From assembly GCA_910584055.1 (NCBI GenBank), contig CAJTZS010000002.1:12343-76342 (forward strand): a stretch of DNA of 64,000 nucleotides, written 5' to 3'. Positions 29,807 to 39,541 of this stretch are shown here, piece by piece; positions within the stretch are counted from its first letter, which is position 1; each line of letters begins with the position of its first letter. The DNA is from an uncultured Muribaculaceae bacterium. Lineage in GTDB: Bacteria > Bacteroidota > Bacteroidia > Bacteroidales > Muribaculaceae. The notes beneath the pieces were generated by a model. It was not told the DNA's origin, made no database searches, and saw only the letters and a list, made by a program, of their open reading frames with translations. The position numbers and the translations under genes were made by a program.

Positions 29807-30565
29807 TTATTCTTTGCACTTGGCGGCGATGAACTGGCGGTTCATGCGGCCGATGTTGGCGAGCTTGATGTTCTTCGGACATTCGGCTGCGCAGGCACCG
29901 GTGTTGGTGCAGTTTCCGAAGCCGAGTTCGTCCATCTTCGCAACCATTGCGCGGACACGGCGGTCTTTCTCAACCTCTCCCTGGGGAAGATATGAGAGCT
30001 GGTTGATCTTCGCCGACACGAAGAGCATAGCCGAACCGTTCTTGCAGGCTGCCACGCAGGCACCGCAACCGATACAGCTTGCAGAGTCCATTGCCTCGTC
30101 TGCATTGATCTTGGAGATGGGAAGCGCATTGGCATCCTGTGCGCCGCCGCAGTTGAAGCTAACATAGCCGCCGGCCTGCTGGATCTTGTCGAATGCATTG
30201 CGGTCTACCATAAGGTCTTTGATCACGGGGAACGCTGCCGAACGCCAAGGCTCTACAGTGATTGTCTCGCCGTTGGCGAAACGGCGCATATAGAGCTGGC
30301 AGGTGGTTGCACCCGTGGCAGGGCCGTGGGGATGACCGTTGACATAAAGCGAGCACATGCCGCAGATACCCTCGCGGCAGTCGTGATCGAACACGATTGG
30401 CTCTTCACCATTCTCTATCAATCTCTCGTTAAGAATGTCGAGAGTCTCAAGGAAAGATGTGTCGGGCGTTGTCTCCACATCACTGTAAGTCACAAACGCG
30501 CCCTTCTCCTTAGGACCGGCCTGACGCCAGACCTTAAGGTTGACTTTCATTATATTTTCTTCCAT
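29807..30565 (-). CDS. sdhB: Succinate dehydrogenase/fumarate reductase Fe-S subunit
   Basis: [36 protein letters not shown]. Confidence 0.97.
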   Translation of the reverse strand: MEENIMKVNLKVWRQAGPKEKGAFVTYSDVETTPDTSFLETLDILNERLIENGEEPIVFDHDCREGICGMCSLYVNGHPHGPATGATTCQLYMRRFANGETITVEPWRSAAFPVIKDLMVDRNAFDKIQQAGGYVSFNCGGAQDANALPISKINADEAMDSASCIGCGACVAACKNGSAMLFVSAKINQLSYLPQGEVEKDRRVRAMVAKMDELGFGNCTNTGACAAECPKNIKLANIGRMNRQFIAAKCKE

Positions 30566-30612
30566 TGTTTGAATTCTGTTTAAGGAAGTTGTTTAAACAA
30601 CTTCAAGGGTTG

Positions 30613-32634
30613 TTATGACTTGTAGTTACGTGTCTGAACTTTGATAGCCTCATAGTGAAGCGGCTCTTTGATAAGTTCGGGCGCTTTGTCATCGCTGCCT
30701 TCGTATTCCCAGCAAGAAACGTAGAAGTAATCCTTGTCGTCGCGGAGAGCCTCACCTTCGGGAGTCTGATACTCGGTGCGGAAGTGACCGCCGCAGCTTT
30801 CGTTGCGGTTAAGCGCATCGTAAGCCACGAGTTCGCCCATTGTGATGAAGTCGTTGAGACGGAAAGCCTTGTCAAGCTCGATGTTCATGCCCTCAGTTGT
30901 GCCGGGGATGAAGAGGTCGGAGTTGAATGTCTTGCGGATTTCCTTTAACTTCTCAAGAGCGAGCTGGAGACCTTCTTTGTCGCGTGCCATACCAACATAC
31001 TCCCACATGATGTGGCCGAGCTCTTTGTGGATGGAATCTACGGAGCGTGTTCCCTTGATGTTCATCAGCTTCTCTTCCGCAGCCTCGCATTTCTTCTGAG
31101 CCTCGTCAAATTCAGGGGTGTCAGTCTTGAAATGGGGAACTGTGATCTGGTCGCTGAGATAGTTCTGGATAGTGTAGGGAAGCACGAAATATCCGTCGGC
31201 AAGACCTTGCATGAGGGCTGAGGCGCCGAGACGGTTGGCACCGTGATCGGAGAAGTTGCACTCACCGATTGCGAAGAGTCCCTTTACAGAAGTCTGGAGC
31301 TCATAGTCAACCCAGATACCACCCATTGTATAATGGATAGCGGGGAAGATCATCATCGGGTTGTAATAATTCACGCCGTTTGCCTCGCGGGCGAATTCGC
31401 CGGGGTTCACGTCGGTGATCTCTTCGTACATGTCGAAGAGGTTGCCATAACGCTGACGCACAACGTCGATGCCGAGACGGTTGATAGCCTCTGAGAAGTC
31501 AAGGAACACGGCAAGGCCGGTGTTGTTGACACCGAAACCGGCGTCGCAACGCTCTTTGGCGGCACGTGAAGCCACGTCACGGGGGACGAGGTTACCGAAC
31601 GCAGGATAACGGCGTTCGAGATAGTAGTCGCGATCCTCTTCCGGTATGTCGCTACCCTTGATCTGGCCTTTCTGAAGTTTCACGGCATCCTCGAGTTTCT
31701 TGGGCACCCAGATACGGCCGTCGTTACGGAGAGACTCAGACATCAGCGTGAGCTTGGACTGCTTGTCGCCGTGAACGGGGATACATGTCGGGTGAATCTG
31801 AACGAACGCGGGGTTTGCGAAATATGCGCCCTTGCGGTAGCATGCCATAGCTGCGGAGCAGTTGCAACCCATCGCGTTTGTAGAGAGGAAGTATGCATTA
31901 CCGTAACCGCCTGTTGCGATAACAACGGCGTGAGCGGCGAAACGCTCGAACTTACCGGTCACAAGGTTCTTGGCAATGATACCGCGTGCGCGTTCAACAC
32001 CGTCCTTGTCCTTGATGAGCACGAGCTCGTGCATCTCATAGCGGTTGTAGCTCTTCACCTTGCCGAGCTGAATCTGACGGTTCAGAGAGCTGTAGGCACC
32101 GAGAAGGAGCTGCTGACCGGTCTGGCCTTTGGCGTAGAATGTACGGCTCACCTGAGCGCCACCGAACGAACGGTTGGCGAGAAGACCGCCATATTCACGT
32201 GCGAAAGGCACGCCCTGTGCAACACACTGGTCGATGATATTGTTCGACACCTCAGCAAGACGGTAAACGTTTGCCTCGCGGGCACGGTAGTCGCCGCCTT
32301 TCACTGTGTCGTAGAAAAGACGGTAAACGGAGTCGCCGTCATTTTGATAATTCTTTGCTGCATTGATACCACCCTGAGCTGCGATCGAGTGAGCGCGGCG
32401 GGGGGAATCCTGGATGCAGAAGTTGAGCACGTTGAAGCCCATCTCTGCCAATGTCGAAGCGGCTGATGCACCTGCAAGACCAGTGCCGACAACGATAACG
32501 TCGAGTTTACGTTTGTTGGCGGGGTTCACGAGTTTCTGATGAGCTTTATAATTGGTCCATTTTTCAGCGACAGGACCCTCCGGGATCTTGGAATCCGCCG
32601 GATTCATTACTCTTACTTTATCTGTTGCTTCCAT
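30613..32634 (-). CDS. sdhA: Succinate dehydrogenase/fumarate reductase flavoprotein subunit
   Basis: [35 protein letters not shown]. Confidence 0.97.
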   Translation of the reverse strand: MEATDKVRVMNPADSKIPEGPVAEKWTNYKAHQKLVNPANKRKLDVIVVGTGLAGASAASTLAEMGFNVLNFCIQDSPRRAHSIAAQGGINAAKNYQNDGDSVYRLFYDTVKGGDYRAREANVYRLAEVSNNIIDQCVAQGVPFAREYGGLLANRSFGGAQVSRTFYAKGQTGQQLLLGAYSSLNRQIQLGKVKSYNRYEMHELVLIKDKDGVERARGIIAKNLVTGKFERFAAHAVVIATGGYGNAYFLSTNAMGCNCSAAMACYRKGAYFANPAFVQIHPTCIPVHGDKQSKLTLMSESLRNDGRIWVPKKLEDAVKLQKGQIKGSDIPEEDRDYYLERRYPAFGNLVPRDVASRAAKERCDAGFGVNNTGLAVFLDFSEAINRLGIDVVRQRYGNLFDMYEEITDVNPGEFAREANGVNYYNPMMIFPAIHYTMGGIWVDYELQTSVKGLFAIGECNFSDHGANRLGASALMQGLADGYFVLPYTIQNYLSDQITVPHFKTDTPEFDEAQKKCEAAEEKLMNIKGTRSVDSIHKELGHIMWEYVGMARDKEGLQLALEKLKEIRKTFNSDLFIPGTTEGMNIELDKAFRLNDFITMGELVAYDALNRNESCGGHFRTEYQTPEGEALRDDKDYFYVSCWEYEGSDDKAPELIKEPLHYEAIKVQTRNYKS

Positions 32635-32642
32635 ATCGCTAA

Positions 32643-33671
32643 TTACTGGGGTTGACCCGGCTGTCCGGGAATTTCTAATTCTGGTTTGTTGTCAGACTGC
32701 TCAAGATAGTCAAACAGTTTCACGGCTCTCTCAAGAGCTTTGTGCTGCTTGGTCATGTTCTCAAGCTGAGTCTGCATCTGAGGATTGTTCTTCACGTAGT
32801 CTTTCCCCTCAGGAGTGTTGAGCTGCTCAAGCTGCTGAGCCTGCTGCTGCTCCATCTGACGGAGACCCTGGGAAACCTGGCTGTAAGGAGACATCTGAAT
32901 CTGCATGCCGAGCTGAGCCATGTCCGGACCGAAGTCATCTTCCATCATGGGCCATACCATATCCTTGTACTGCTCGCGGAGAGCCTCATTCGTGATATAG
33001 TAGTTGTCTTTAGCCCTAACGGTGAACACGATAGCCTGTGCGATAAAGCAAAGCACCACCAGTGATGCCCACCAGCAAGCCACCTTTTTCAGACGGGGAA
33101 TCCACTTGTTGTTATCCCAACCGATTGACTGGAACATCGACCAGAAACCATGGTTGAAATGGAACCAGAGGGCGATGAAGCCAATGATGTACACGATCGG
33201 AGTCCATACCTCGGCGAATGCCATCTGGATGAAGAGTGTACCGGCGGCGGGGGGAACTGTGCCGTGATCGCCACAGATTTCCACGAGCTGCATCTTAGCC
33301 CAGAACTGGATAAGGTGAACAACGAGGAACGCGAGGATCACAATTCCCAGCACGAACATGTTTTTAGACGACCACTCCACGCTTTTAGGAGTCTTGGAGA
33401 TGGCATAACGCACATTACCGCGAGCCTTGCGATTCTGCACGGTGAGCATCACAGCGTAGATAATGTGGACAATGATGAAGAGAGCCAATACTGCAGAAGC
33501 AGCCAGAGCATACCAGTTCGCGCCTAAGAATTCGCAAACCGAGTTGTAAGCTGTGGGCCAGCAGATGGCTACGGCGTTCATCAAACAGTGAAAAGTTACG
33601 AATAGGACGAGGAATGCACCCGTAAGGGCCATTACGAATTTACGTCCTACAGACGAGTTTGATAACCACAT
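32643..33671 (-). CDS. sdhC: Succinate dehydrogenase/fumarate reductase cytochrome b subunit with long C-terminal extension
   Basis: [13 protein letters not shown], heme His residues, [11 protein letters not shown]; extra Gln/Met-rich tail of roughly 120 aa. Confidence 0.93.
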   Translation of the reverse strand: MWLSNSSVGRKFVMALTGAFLVLFVTFHCLMNAVAICWPTAYNSVCEFLGANWYALAASAVLALFIIVHIIYAVMLTVQNRKARGNVRYAISKTPKSVEWSSKNMFVLGIVILAFLVVHLIQFWAKMQLVEICGDHGTVPPAAGTLFIQMAFAEVWTPIVYIIGFIALWFHFNHGFWSMFQSIGWDNNKWIPRLKKVACWWASLVVLCFIAQAIVFTVRAKDNYYITNEALREQYKDMVWPMMEDDFGPDMAQLGMQIQMSPYSQVSQGLRQMEQQQAQQLEQLNTPEGKDYVKNNPQMQTQLENMTKQHKALERAVKLFDYLEQSDNKPELEIPGQPGQPQ

Positions 33672-33984
33672 AGTAGCAGTTTTTTAATTAATTATTAGAT
33701 TATTTTATTAGTTTTTCAATCGTCTGAACAATCGTGCTCCCCATATCTCACAAAGACTCCAATCTTTAGACTAAGGTGTCGAGGCAATGAGAGGGCATAG
33801 CAGTTCTTCTTGCAAATTTATGATTATTTCCGCAATCAATAAAATAATTATGGAAAAATTTCTTAAATAATTAGATTTAATGCTGAAATGATATAATTTT
33901 CGATGGTTATAGATTGGAATATCGGAATTTTTATGTAACTTTGCAGTTGAAACCGCCGGAGTCTATCCCCGACGCTCAAGGATT

Positions 33985-34058
33985 GGTCTGGTAGCTCAGC
34001 TGGATAGAGCAACAGCCTTCTAAGCTGTGGGTCTTGGGTTCGAATCCCAACCGGATCA
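33985..34058 (+). tRNA. tRNA-Arg (anticodon TCT)
   Basis: GGTCTGG acceptor stem, TAGCTCAGCTGGATAGAGC D-arm, ACAGC-CTTCTAA-GCTGT anticodon arm, GGTTCGAATCC T-arm; TAACTTTG promoter at 33936-33943. Confidence 0.97.
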
Positions 34059-34112
34059 CAAGAAAGAAGCATAACTTATCATACTGCTGATAGTTATGCT
34101 TCTTTCTTGTGA
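34056..34112 (+). terminator. 21-bp hairpin immediately after the tRNA
   Basis: TCACAAGAAAGAAGCATAACT / AGTTATGCTTCTTTCTTGTGA. Confidence 0.75.
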
Positions 34113-34277
34113 TTTTTGCCCGACTTTTGCCCAACAGAATAAAGAATGAGAGCTAAAATTATATCATGCTAAGATAGCCAGCAATATGCCTGTACTGGAT
34201 AAAATACTTTTTATTTTATTCAGTACAGTGTTTTTATTGAATAAAACTACTATATTTGCAGTCTAAAATAGATTGCG

Positions 34278-35516
34278 ATGAAAACAACGATACTCAAGCA
34301 GCGGGCAGAGCGTGACGAACTTATGTCACGCCAATACCAACAGCGGCATACCAAGTATGACGCTGAAGAACTGCTGCAAAATCCCCTTATCAAACTTATA
34401 ACCGGGCCTCGTCGTGTGGGCAAATCGGTATTTGCCCTGCTTATGCTGCAAGGAAAGAATTTCGCTTACCTCAATTTTGATGACAGCCAACTGCTTGAAA
34501 AGTGGGATGAAAATTTGGTGATGTCGGCACTTGATGATGTGTATCCCGGCTATGATTTCATGCTGCTTGATGAAGTACAGAACCTTCCCGACTGGGATTT
34601 GTGGATAAGCAAACTCTATCGTCGTGGAAAGAACTTGATAATCACGGGCAGCAACGCCAAGATGTTGAGCCGCGAGATGGCAACCGTATTGACAGGGCGT
34701 TATCTACAAATCGAAATGTTGCCGTTCAGCCTTGAGGAAACAATGAGCTGGAAAAATGTCAATCCGCTGCTTGAGGAACATTCCGCACAGGCAATAATGC
34801 TGACCGACGATTATATGCGCAACGGCGGATACCCGGAAACAATCCCGACCCGGAGTATTACCAAGAGTTATCTTTCAACGCTGTTTGATTCAATTCTGCT
34901 GAAAGATGTTGCCAAACGCCATAAAGTACGGAACACTACCGATTTATACGACCTTGCCACATATCTGCTGTCAAATTTCTGCAACCCGATTTCAGCCAAC
35001 GACCTTGCGATAGAGCTTGGGCTTTCAAGCGTGACTACGACAAAGAAATATTGCGACTACCTCAACGAACCATACCTTTTCTTCTATTTGCCCCGCTTCA
35101 ACAACAAGCTGAAATTGATGAATAAAGCACCTAAAAAGGTCTATGTCGTTGACAACGGATTTGTACAAAGCACGGCTTTCAACCTTAGTGAAAATCTCGG
35201 TAGGTTATTGGAAAATCAGATATTTGTAGAGCTGCTGCGCCGTGGCTATACTCCCGGTCAAACGCTGTTCTATTACCGAACACGCAACGACAAAGAGATA
35301 GATTTCGTTACCCGTAAAGGCACAAAGGTGGAGCAACTAATACAAGTCTGCTATGACATGACATCCGAGAAAACCCGCAAACGCGAACTCGATGCTCTCG
35401 TCGAAGCCGCTGAAGAGCTCCACTGCGATAACCTCCTTGTTATCACCAACGACCAACAGGAGGAAATTGAATGGAAAAATCGTAAAGTCAAAGTTATCAA
35501 TGTCGGTAATTTTTGA
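34278..35516 (+). CDS. AAA_14 / DUF4143 ATP-binding protein
   Basis: GPRRVGKS Walker A, LLDEVQ Walker B, ITGSNA, KKVYVVDNG, LLEN, YYRT...EIDFV...IQVC nuclease-like tail. Confidence 0.9.
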   Translation: MKTTILKQRAERDELMSRQYQQRHTKYDAEELLQNPLIKLITGPRRVGKSVFALLMLQGKNFAYLNFDDSQLLEKWDENLVMSALDDVYPGYDFMLLDEVQNLPDWDLWISKLYRRGKNLIITGSNAKMLSREMATVLTGRYLQIEMLPFSLEETMSWKNVNPLLEEHSAQAIMLTDDYMRNGGYPETIPTRSITKSYLSTLFDSILLKDVAKRHKVRNTTDLYDLATYLLSNFCNPISANDLAIELGLSSVTTTKKYCDYLNEPYLFFYLPRFNNKLKLMNKAPKKVYVVDNGFVQSTAFNLSENLGRLLENQIFVELLRRGYTPGQTLFYYRTRNDKEIDFVTRKGTKVEQLIQVCYDMTSEKTRKRELDALVEAAEELHCDNLLVITNDQQEEIEWKNRKVKVINVGNF

Positions 35517-35742
35517 CCCAACGTATTACCCAATTTGGCCGTGTTTCATTACCCAATTTGACGATAATTGACAATCCCAAATGGAGGTAACATGAACCCT
35601 AAATATTCAATCGATTTAGCAATCATTTTTAACGCACTGGCGCATTGTTGATTGAAGAAAAAGTAGTACCTTTGTACTAACCCAATGGAACAATGGGGAA
35701 GAACATTGAAATAGTGCCGTGTGCAATTCGTGAACAACGGAA

Positions 35743-36060
35743 ATGGCGACATTGCAATATTCTGTATACTACTTAGTTACAACGATATCCCGCAGCTCCA
35801 GGCGAATCACTGAAGAATTTGAACAAAGGGCGAGATTGGCAAACGCACTATTGGATACAATGCATTTTCCTTCGCCGGAAAACATATCCAAACTATCTGT
35901 CGAGACAGCGAAGACCAACATTGAACAGTCCAATCTTACCGAAAGGGAAAAAGAAATACTCAAGGCGTGGCAGGATTTAGGTCATGAGTTGTTTATAACT
36001 CACAATTATGATATGGCAAGAGCCTTATATACCAAAATCTCCGGTTTGCTACAACAATGA
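35743..36060 (+). pseudogene. Probable 3' fragment of a hypothetical gene
   Basis: Protein-like helical sequence only from about 35785 onward; the 5' end overlaps a non-coding, element-end-like tract. Confidence 0.35.
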
Positions 36061-36064
36061 CGGT

Positions 36065-36544
36065 TTACCAATCATCGTCGTTGTCAAAGTCCGTATCGTC
36101 AAAGTCTTTATATGGATTATCCAAATATGGGTTGTAAGTATCGTCCATTTCGTCCTGCAGATCTTGTTGGTACTCGATAATGTCGAGCCGGTCTTGAAGT
36201 CGGTCGATCTCGTTCTGAATCCGATCATAACTGTCTGATTCCTCATCGCAATCGTCAAGTTGACTTTCAAGTTCGTCTATTCAGTCTTGCAGTTCATCAA
36301 TATCGCAATCATCCAAATCGACCGAGCGACTGCTGTCGATTATTCTCTGATATTCTGCAAGGCGTTTTTCCGATTCCTTAATCTCTTGCTCCAGTTCCTC
36401 AATACGAGCTTCCAGTTCCGTATTTGGGGTATAGTCTTGCTGCGGTTGATATGGGCTTACATAATGTGATTTAGGCTTGCCGGAAAACAAGTTGCAAATC
36501 ATATTGAATACGGCGAATTCCCCGAGGAAGTTCCAGAATGACAT
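36065..36544 (-). pseudogene. Highly acidic coiled-coil protein (159 codons) interrupted by one in-frame TGA
   Basis: MSFWNFLGEF...DIDELQD*IDELESQLDDCDEESDSYDRIQNEIDRLQDRLD...DFDDTDFDNDDDW; the frame stays open with the same repeat style after TGA at 36281-36283. Confidence 0.75.
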
Positions 36545-36553
36545 AGTGACAGT

Positions 36554-36706
36554 TTATTTATTAATTTTGTTGTCAATCCATGCAAAAAGAGCATATATCC
36601 CGATTGCCACGGGGAGAGCCACGCAGAAAAGAAAGATTAAAAAGCCGGGACAGGCACAGATGACAATAAAAATTATCAGTATAGCCCAAAGAATTATTCC
36701 AATCAT
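36554..36706 (-). CDS. 50-aa two-TM membrane peptide (below ORF-track cutoff)
   Basis: MIGIILWAILIIFIVICACPGFLIFLFCVALPVAIGIYALFAWIDNKINK; 6-9 nt spacing to neighbouring ORFs. Confidence 0.65.
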   Translation of the reverse strand: MIGIILWAILIIFIVICACPGFLIFLFCVALPVAIGIYALFAWIDNKINK

Positions 36707-36712
36707 AGCTAA

Positions 36713-36790
36713 TTACTTGATGTTGGCACCGTCTTTAAGAGCTTGTCCAAGCCACCCGAAAAAGCAAATAATCACAATGATGAACGACAT
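36713..36790 (-). CDS. 25-aa hydrophobic peptide (below ORF-track cutoff)
   Basis: MSFIIVIICFFGWLGQALKDGANIK; first ORF after the TAATTTTG promoter at 36841-36848. Confidence 0.5.
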   Translation of the reverse strand: MSFIIVIICFFGWLGQALKDGANIK

Positions 36791-36892
36791 ATCTATCCGG
36801 ATTTATATGTTTCAAGGAAAGTCATTATGACTTTCGTCAGCAAAATTAGCCGCAGTATGAGCAGGAATCATGCACATACAAGTTAAATAATC

Positions 36893-38380
36893 CTATTCAA
36901 GTCTTTTCAAAATAATCCACTCACCTGATTTCCTCGCACCTTGCCTGGCAATATAGCCTCGCTCCTTCAACTCTCTTATAGTTCGTGTTATCGAGGATTC
37001 CGAGACACCTATATTGTCAGCAAGTTCGGTGTATTTTATAGACGGCTTCATGCATACTGTCTGATACACCGATTTATGCAGATCGGTAATAGAGAAGCTA
37101 TCTTTTATACCGTCATTTATACCGTCATTTATACCGTCATCTTTTGACGGTATAAGATTGGGATTGGCATTAACGTCCTCTGTCTTGGCATTTTCTGACA
37201 ACTTGACAACCACAAGGAAAGCCGTTTCAAGATGCAGTTTGAAGTCTGGCTCTCCATTATGGTTGGCTTTCAATTCGTCCTCAACCCTAAGCACTCCACG
37301 GCTGAAACGGTTGACAAAGCCAAGCACCTTCATAGCTTCCGCCACAACACCGTTGCGATAGTCATTGACCCAAGGAAAATTGGTTGCATTGGCTTTACCA
37401 TACAGCCCTCCCGGATTCAGGATTTCTATCCTATCATCATATTGGTAGAATTGTATCGGGCCGTTCCCTTCATAGTCACGATGGCAGATGGCGTTCATCA
37501 ACAGCTCGCGTATAGCCCAATGCGGATAGTCGGTAACGGTTTCTTCACGAAGCGCAGAGACCGGGACAGGACGGCGGTTCGTTATAGTCGTATCAACAAA
37601 TGTATCAAGCTGATAGAGTATCTTCATAAGATTGCCGCTGAACTTGTATTCGCGCATCACGTCTCCGGCTCTCCCCGTGCCTTTGAATCGCACATATTGA
37701 ACATAGGCCCCGGGCAATGTCCGTTCCACATTTTTACCGAATAGGATGATTCCGGCGTATGTCGGGCAATCGTGCTTCATGTCGTAGAACCCAAGCGACT
37801 GCATCTGAAGTTTTACATCTCGCTTGTCATCAGCTATGACATCCATTGGCATAGCCTGCGGAAGATATGTCTGACGGAAAAGAGCAACGTCAATATCATC
37901 AAGAGTAGAGCCAAGACAAGGTAACGCGTCAAAAGTCGATACATGACAGGCACGTTTCTCGATTAACCGTTTTTCATCAGCCTCATTCGCCACACCTTTC
38001 CGTGGTCCAACGCGAACCCATACACGCCCTTTGTATTTAACAGGTGGGAAAATAGCCGGCTGCACCTCTATAACTACCACAGCACCATCGGCAAGTACGA
38101 CTTTCTCAACGGTCATTGATGGTTGAGGCTGTATATTGCCGTCAGTCCGGATTGCAGAAAGGTTTTTCAACAAGTCATCTGTAATATTGATTGGCTGCAC
38201 ATTGCCGTCATCGTCAGCTCCAAGAATCAGATACCCCGCTTTGCCATGATTAGGCAAATCATTGGCAAACGCACATATAGCCTGTCCGAATTTGTCGGTA
38301 TTTGTTGTTGAAACAGTCCTCTCGACCCGGTCATTCTCCAAGTCAAGCAACATTTTCTGTATTTCGTCCTTGTCAATCAT
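36893..38380 (-). CDS. Schlafen/AlbA_2 + RecG C-terminal (HATPase_c_4) + winged-helix protein
   Basis: ENDRVERT, ICAFAN...GYLILGADD (AlbA_2); AIRELLMNAICHRDY, DRIEILNPGG, RNGVVAE (HATPase_c_4); C-terminal HTH with GARKSGEW. Confidence 0.85.
   Translation of the reverse strand: MIDKDEIQKMLLDLENDRVERTVSTTNTDKFGQAICAFANDLPNHGKAGYLILGADDDGNVQPINITDDLLKNLSAIRTDGNIQPQPSMTVEKVVLADGAVVVIEVQPAIFPPVKYKGRVWVRVGPRKGVANEADEKRLIEKRACHVSTFDALPCLGSTLDDIDVALFRQTYLPQAMPMDVIADDKRDVKLQMQSLGFYDMKHDCPTYAGIILFGKNVERTLPGAYVQYVRFKGTGRAGDVMREYKFSGNLMKILYQLDTFVDTTITNRRPVPVSALREETVTDYPHWAIRELLMNAICHRDYEGNGPIQFYQYDDRIEILNPGGLYGKANATNFPWVNDYRNGVVAEAMKVLGFVNRFSRGVLRVEDELKANHNGEPDFKLHLETAFLVVVKLSENAKTEDVNANPNLIPSKDDGINDGINDGIKDSFSITDLHKSVYQTVCMKPSIKYTELADNIGVSESSITRTIRELKERGYIARQGARKSGEWIILKRLE
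37104..37139. repeat. 3 x 12-bp in-frame tandem repeat (DGIN/DGIK linker)
   Basis: TTTATACCGTCA x3 before the HTH domain. Confidence 0.9.
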
Positions 38381-39541
38381 TTGTTATTGCAATATTATTT
38401 GCATTCAAAATTTCATAAAAAAACAGATATAGTTGCAATTTTTTGCAACTAAACAATTTCTTTCTTTAGGGTCTTGTGATATCTTTTTACGATAATGCCA
38501 AAAGCATCAAAGGCATCATCTATGATTTTTTGAGGGATAGATGAGCGAGTGTCGGATTTAATCTCCGACATTATATTGTCAAATTATATATTTCTGCTTC
38601 TTCTCCATATAAATAAAAAAACATCGGCAGTAATCTGAGGGCTGGCCGCGCCTTTGAGGACAGCATCCGAAGTTTCGGAATCTGATTGGTCTGGCAGCTT
38701 CATCAGCCGTTGTCGTTAAACCTGTCGGCCATTTTCAAATATTTACAATTATCCTAGTTACAAAGTTAATAAGAATTTTTGAGCTGGCAATCGAAAGTCT
38801 CGATTTTATCTTGACTGGCAGCATATCATTGCTTCTCAATTGCCAAATAGCAACATTATGTACCCAGTATCTTCATAATTCCCATGATTAATAATCGGTG
38901 AGTCGCGAGCTGATTTGCCCTGATTTGCCCCGAACGGAACGGGCGACAAGTTACTTTCCTGCGGTAAAAAGCAGTTTTATCCGGGAAAAAGTACAACTTG
39001 CTTGACAAATTCTACACCAAAGGTTCTCCCCGGCCAGGTTCGCTCCAGCCTCGCCTTCGGGCGGCGAAATTAGCACACCCCGATTGCTAACACACAAGTT
39101 CCGAACATAATCTTTGTATCACTACCCGGAATATCACGGTTGCCGATTATCGGATACTCGTATAATCACAGTATATGATATTCACATTATCCGATGGCTC
39201 ATCTATCCTACAAAACGATTATGACATATTATTTTCAATATATAATCACATACAGCCATAATGAGGTGAAACAAGCATATTATTATCGGAGTATCAAGGT
39301 ATTAAATTATAAAACAGCTGCTTGATTCCTTGCATATATCGTTGAAAATTAGTATATTTACATACTTGGGGTGTCGCTTCAAGCAATACTCCGGCTATGT
39401 GACAATCACATTGCCGGACAGTCATAACAGCGACAGGGAAGTCGAATCGAAAACCGGATAAATCGATTGTGCGTTTTATTAAGAAAGCAAGTGGCAAATA
39501 GGCAATAGCTATTAAACCTCCGTAGATAAACGTGGATAAGC

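Larger units (their letters stand above)
34113..39300. mobile_element. Degenerate tRNA-anchored accessory island (no integrase in window)
   Basis: Follows tRNA-Arg; carries typical cargo genes (AAA_14/DUF4143, AlbA_2-RecG-C), gene fragments, short direct repeats and an oriT-like IR; boundaries approximate. Confidence 0.55.

Noticed and set aside
36281..36283. Selenocysteine or recoding at the in-frame TGA
   Set aside because: Context (LQD*IDE vs the repeat LQDRLD) fits a CGA>TGA nonsense change; other genes in the window use TGA as stop
38660..38730. CUGAUGA...GAAAC on the minus strand resembling a hammerhead ribozyme core
   Set aside because: Stems I and II cannot be formed convincingly
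39367..39441. TPP riboswitch resemblance (GGGGUG...AGCG..AGGGAAG)
   Set aside because: Lacks the UGAGA and ACCUGAU elements, and the downstream gene is unrelated to thiamine
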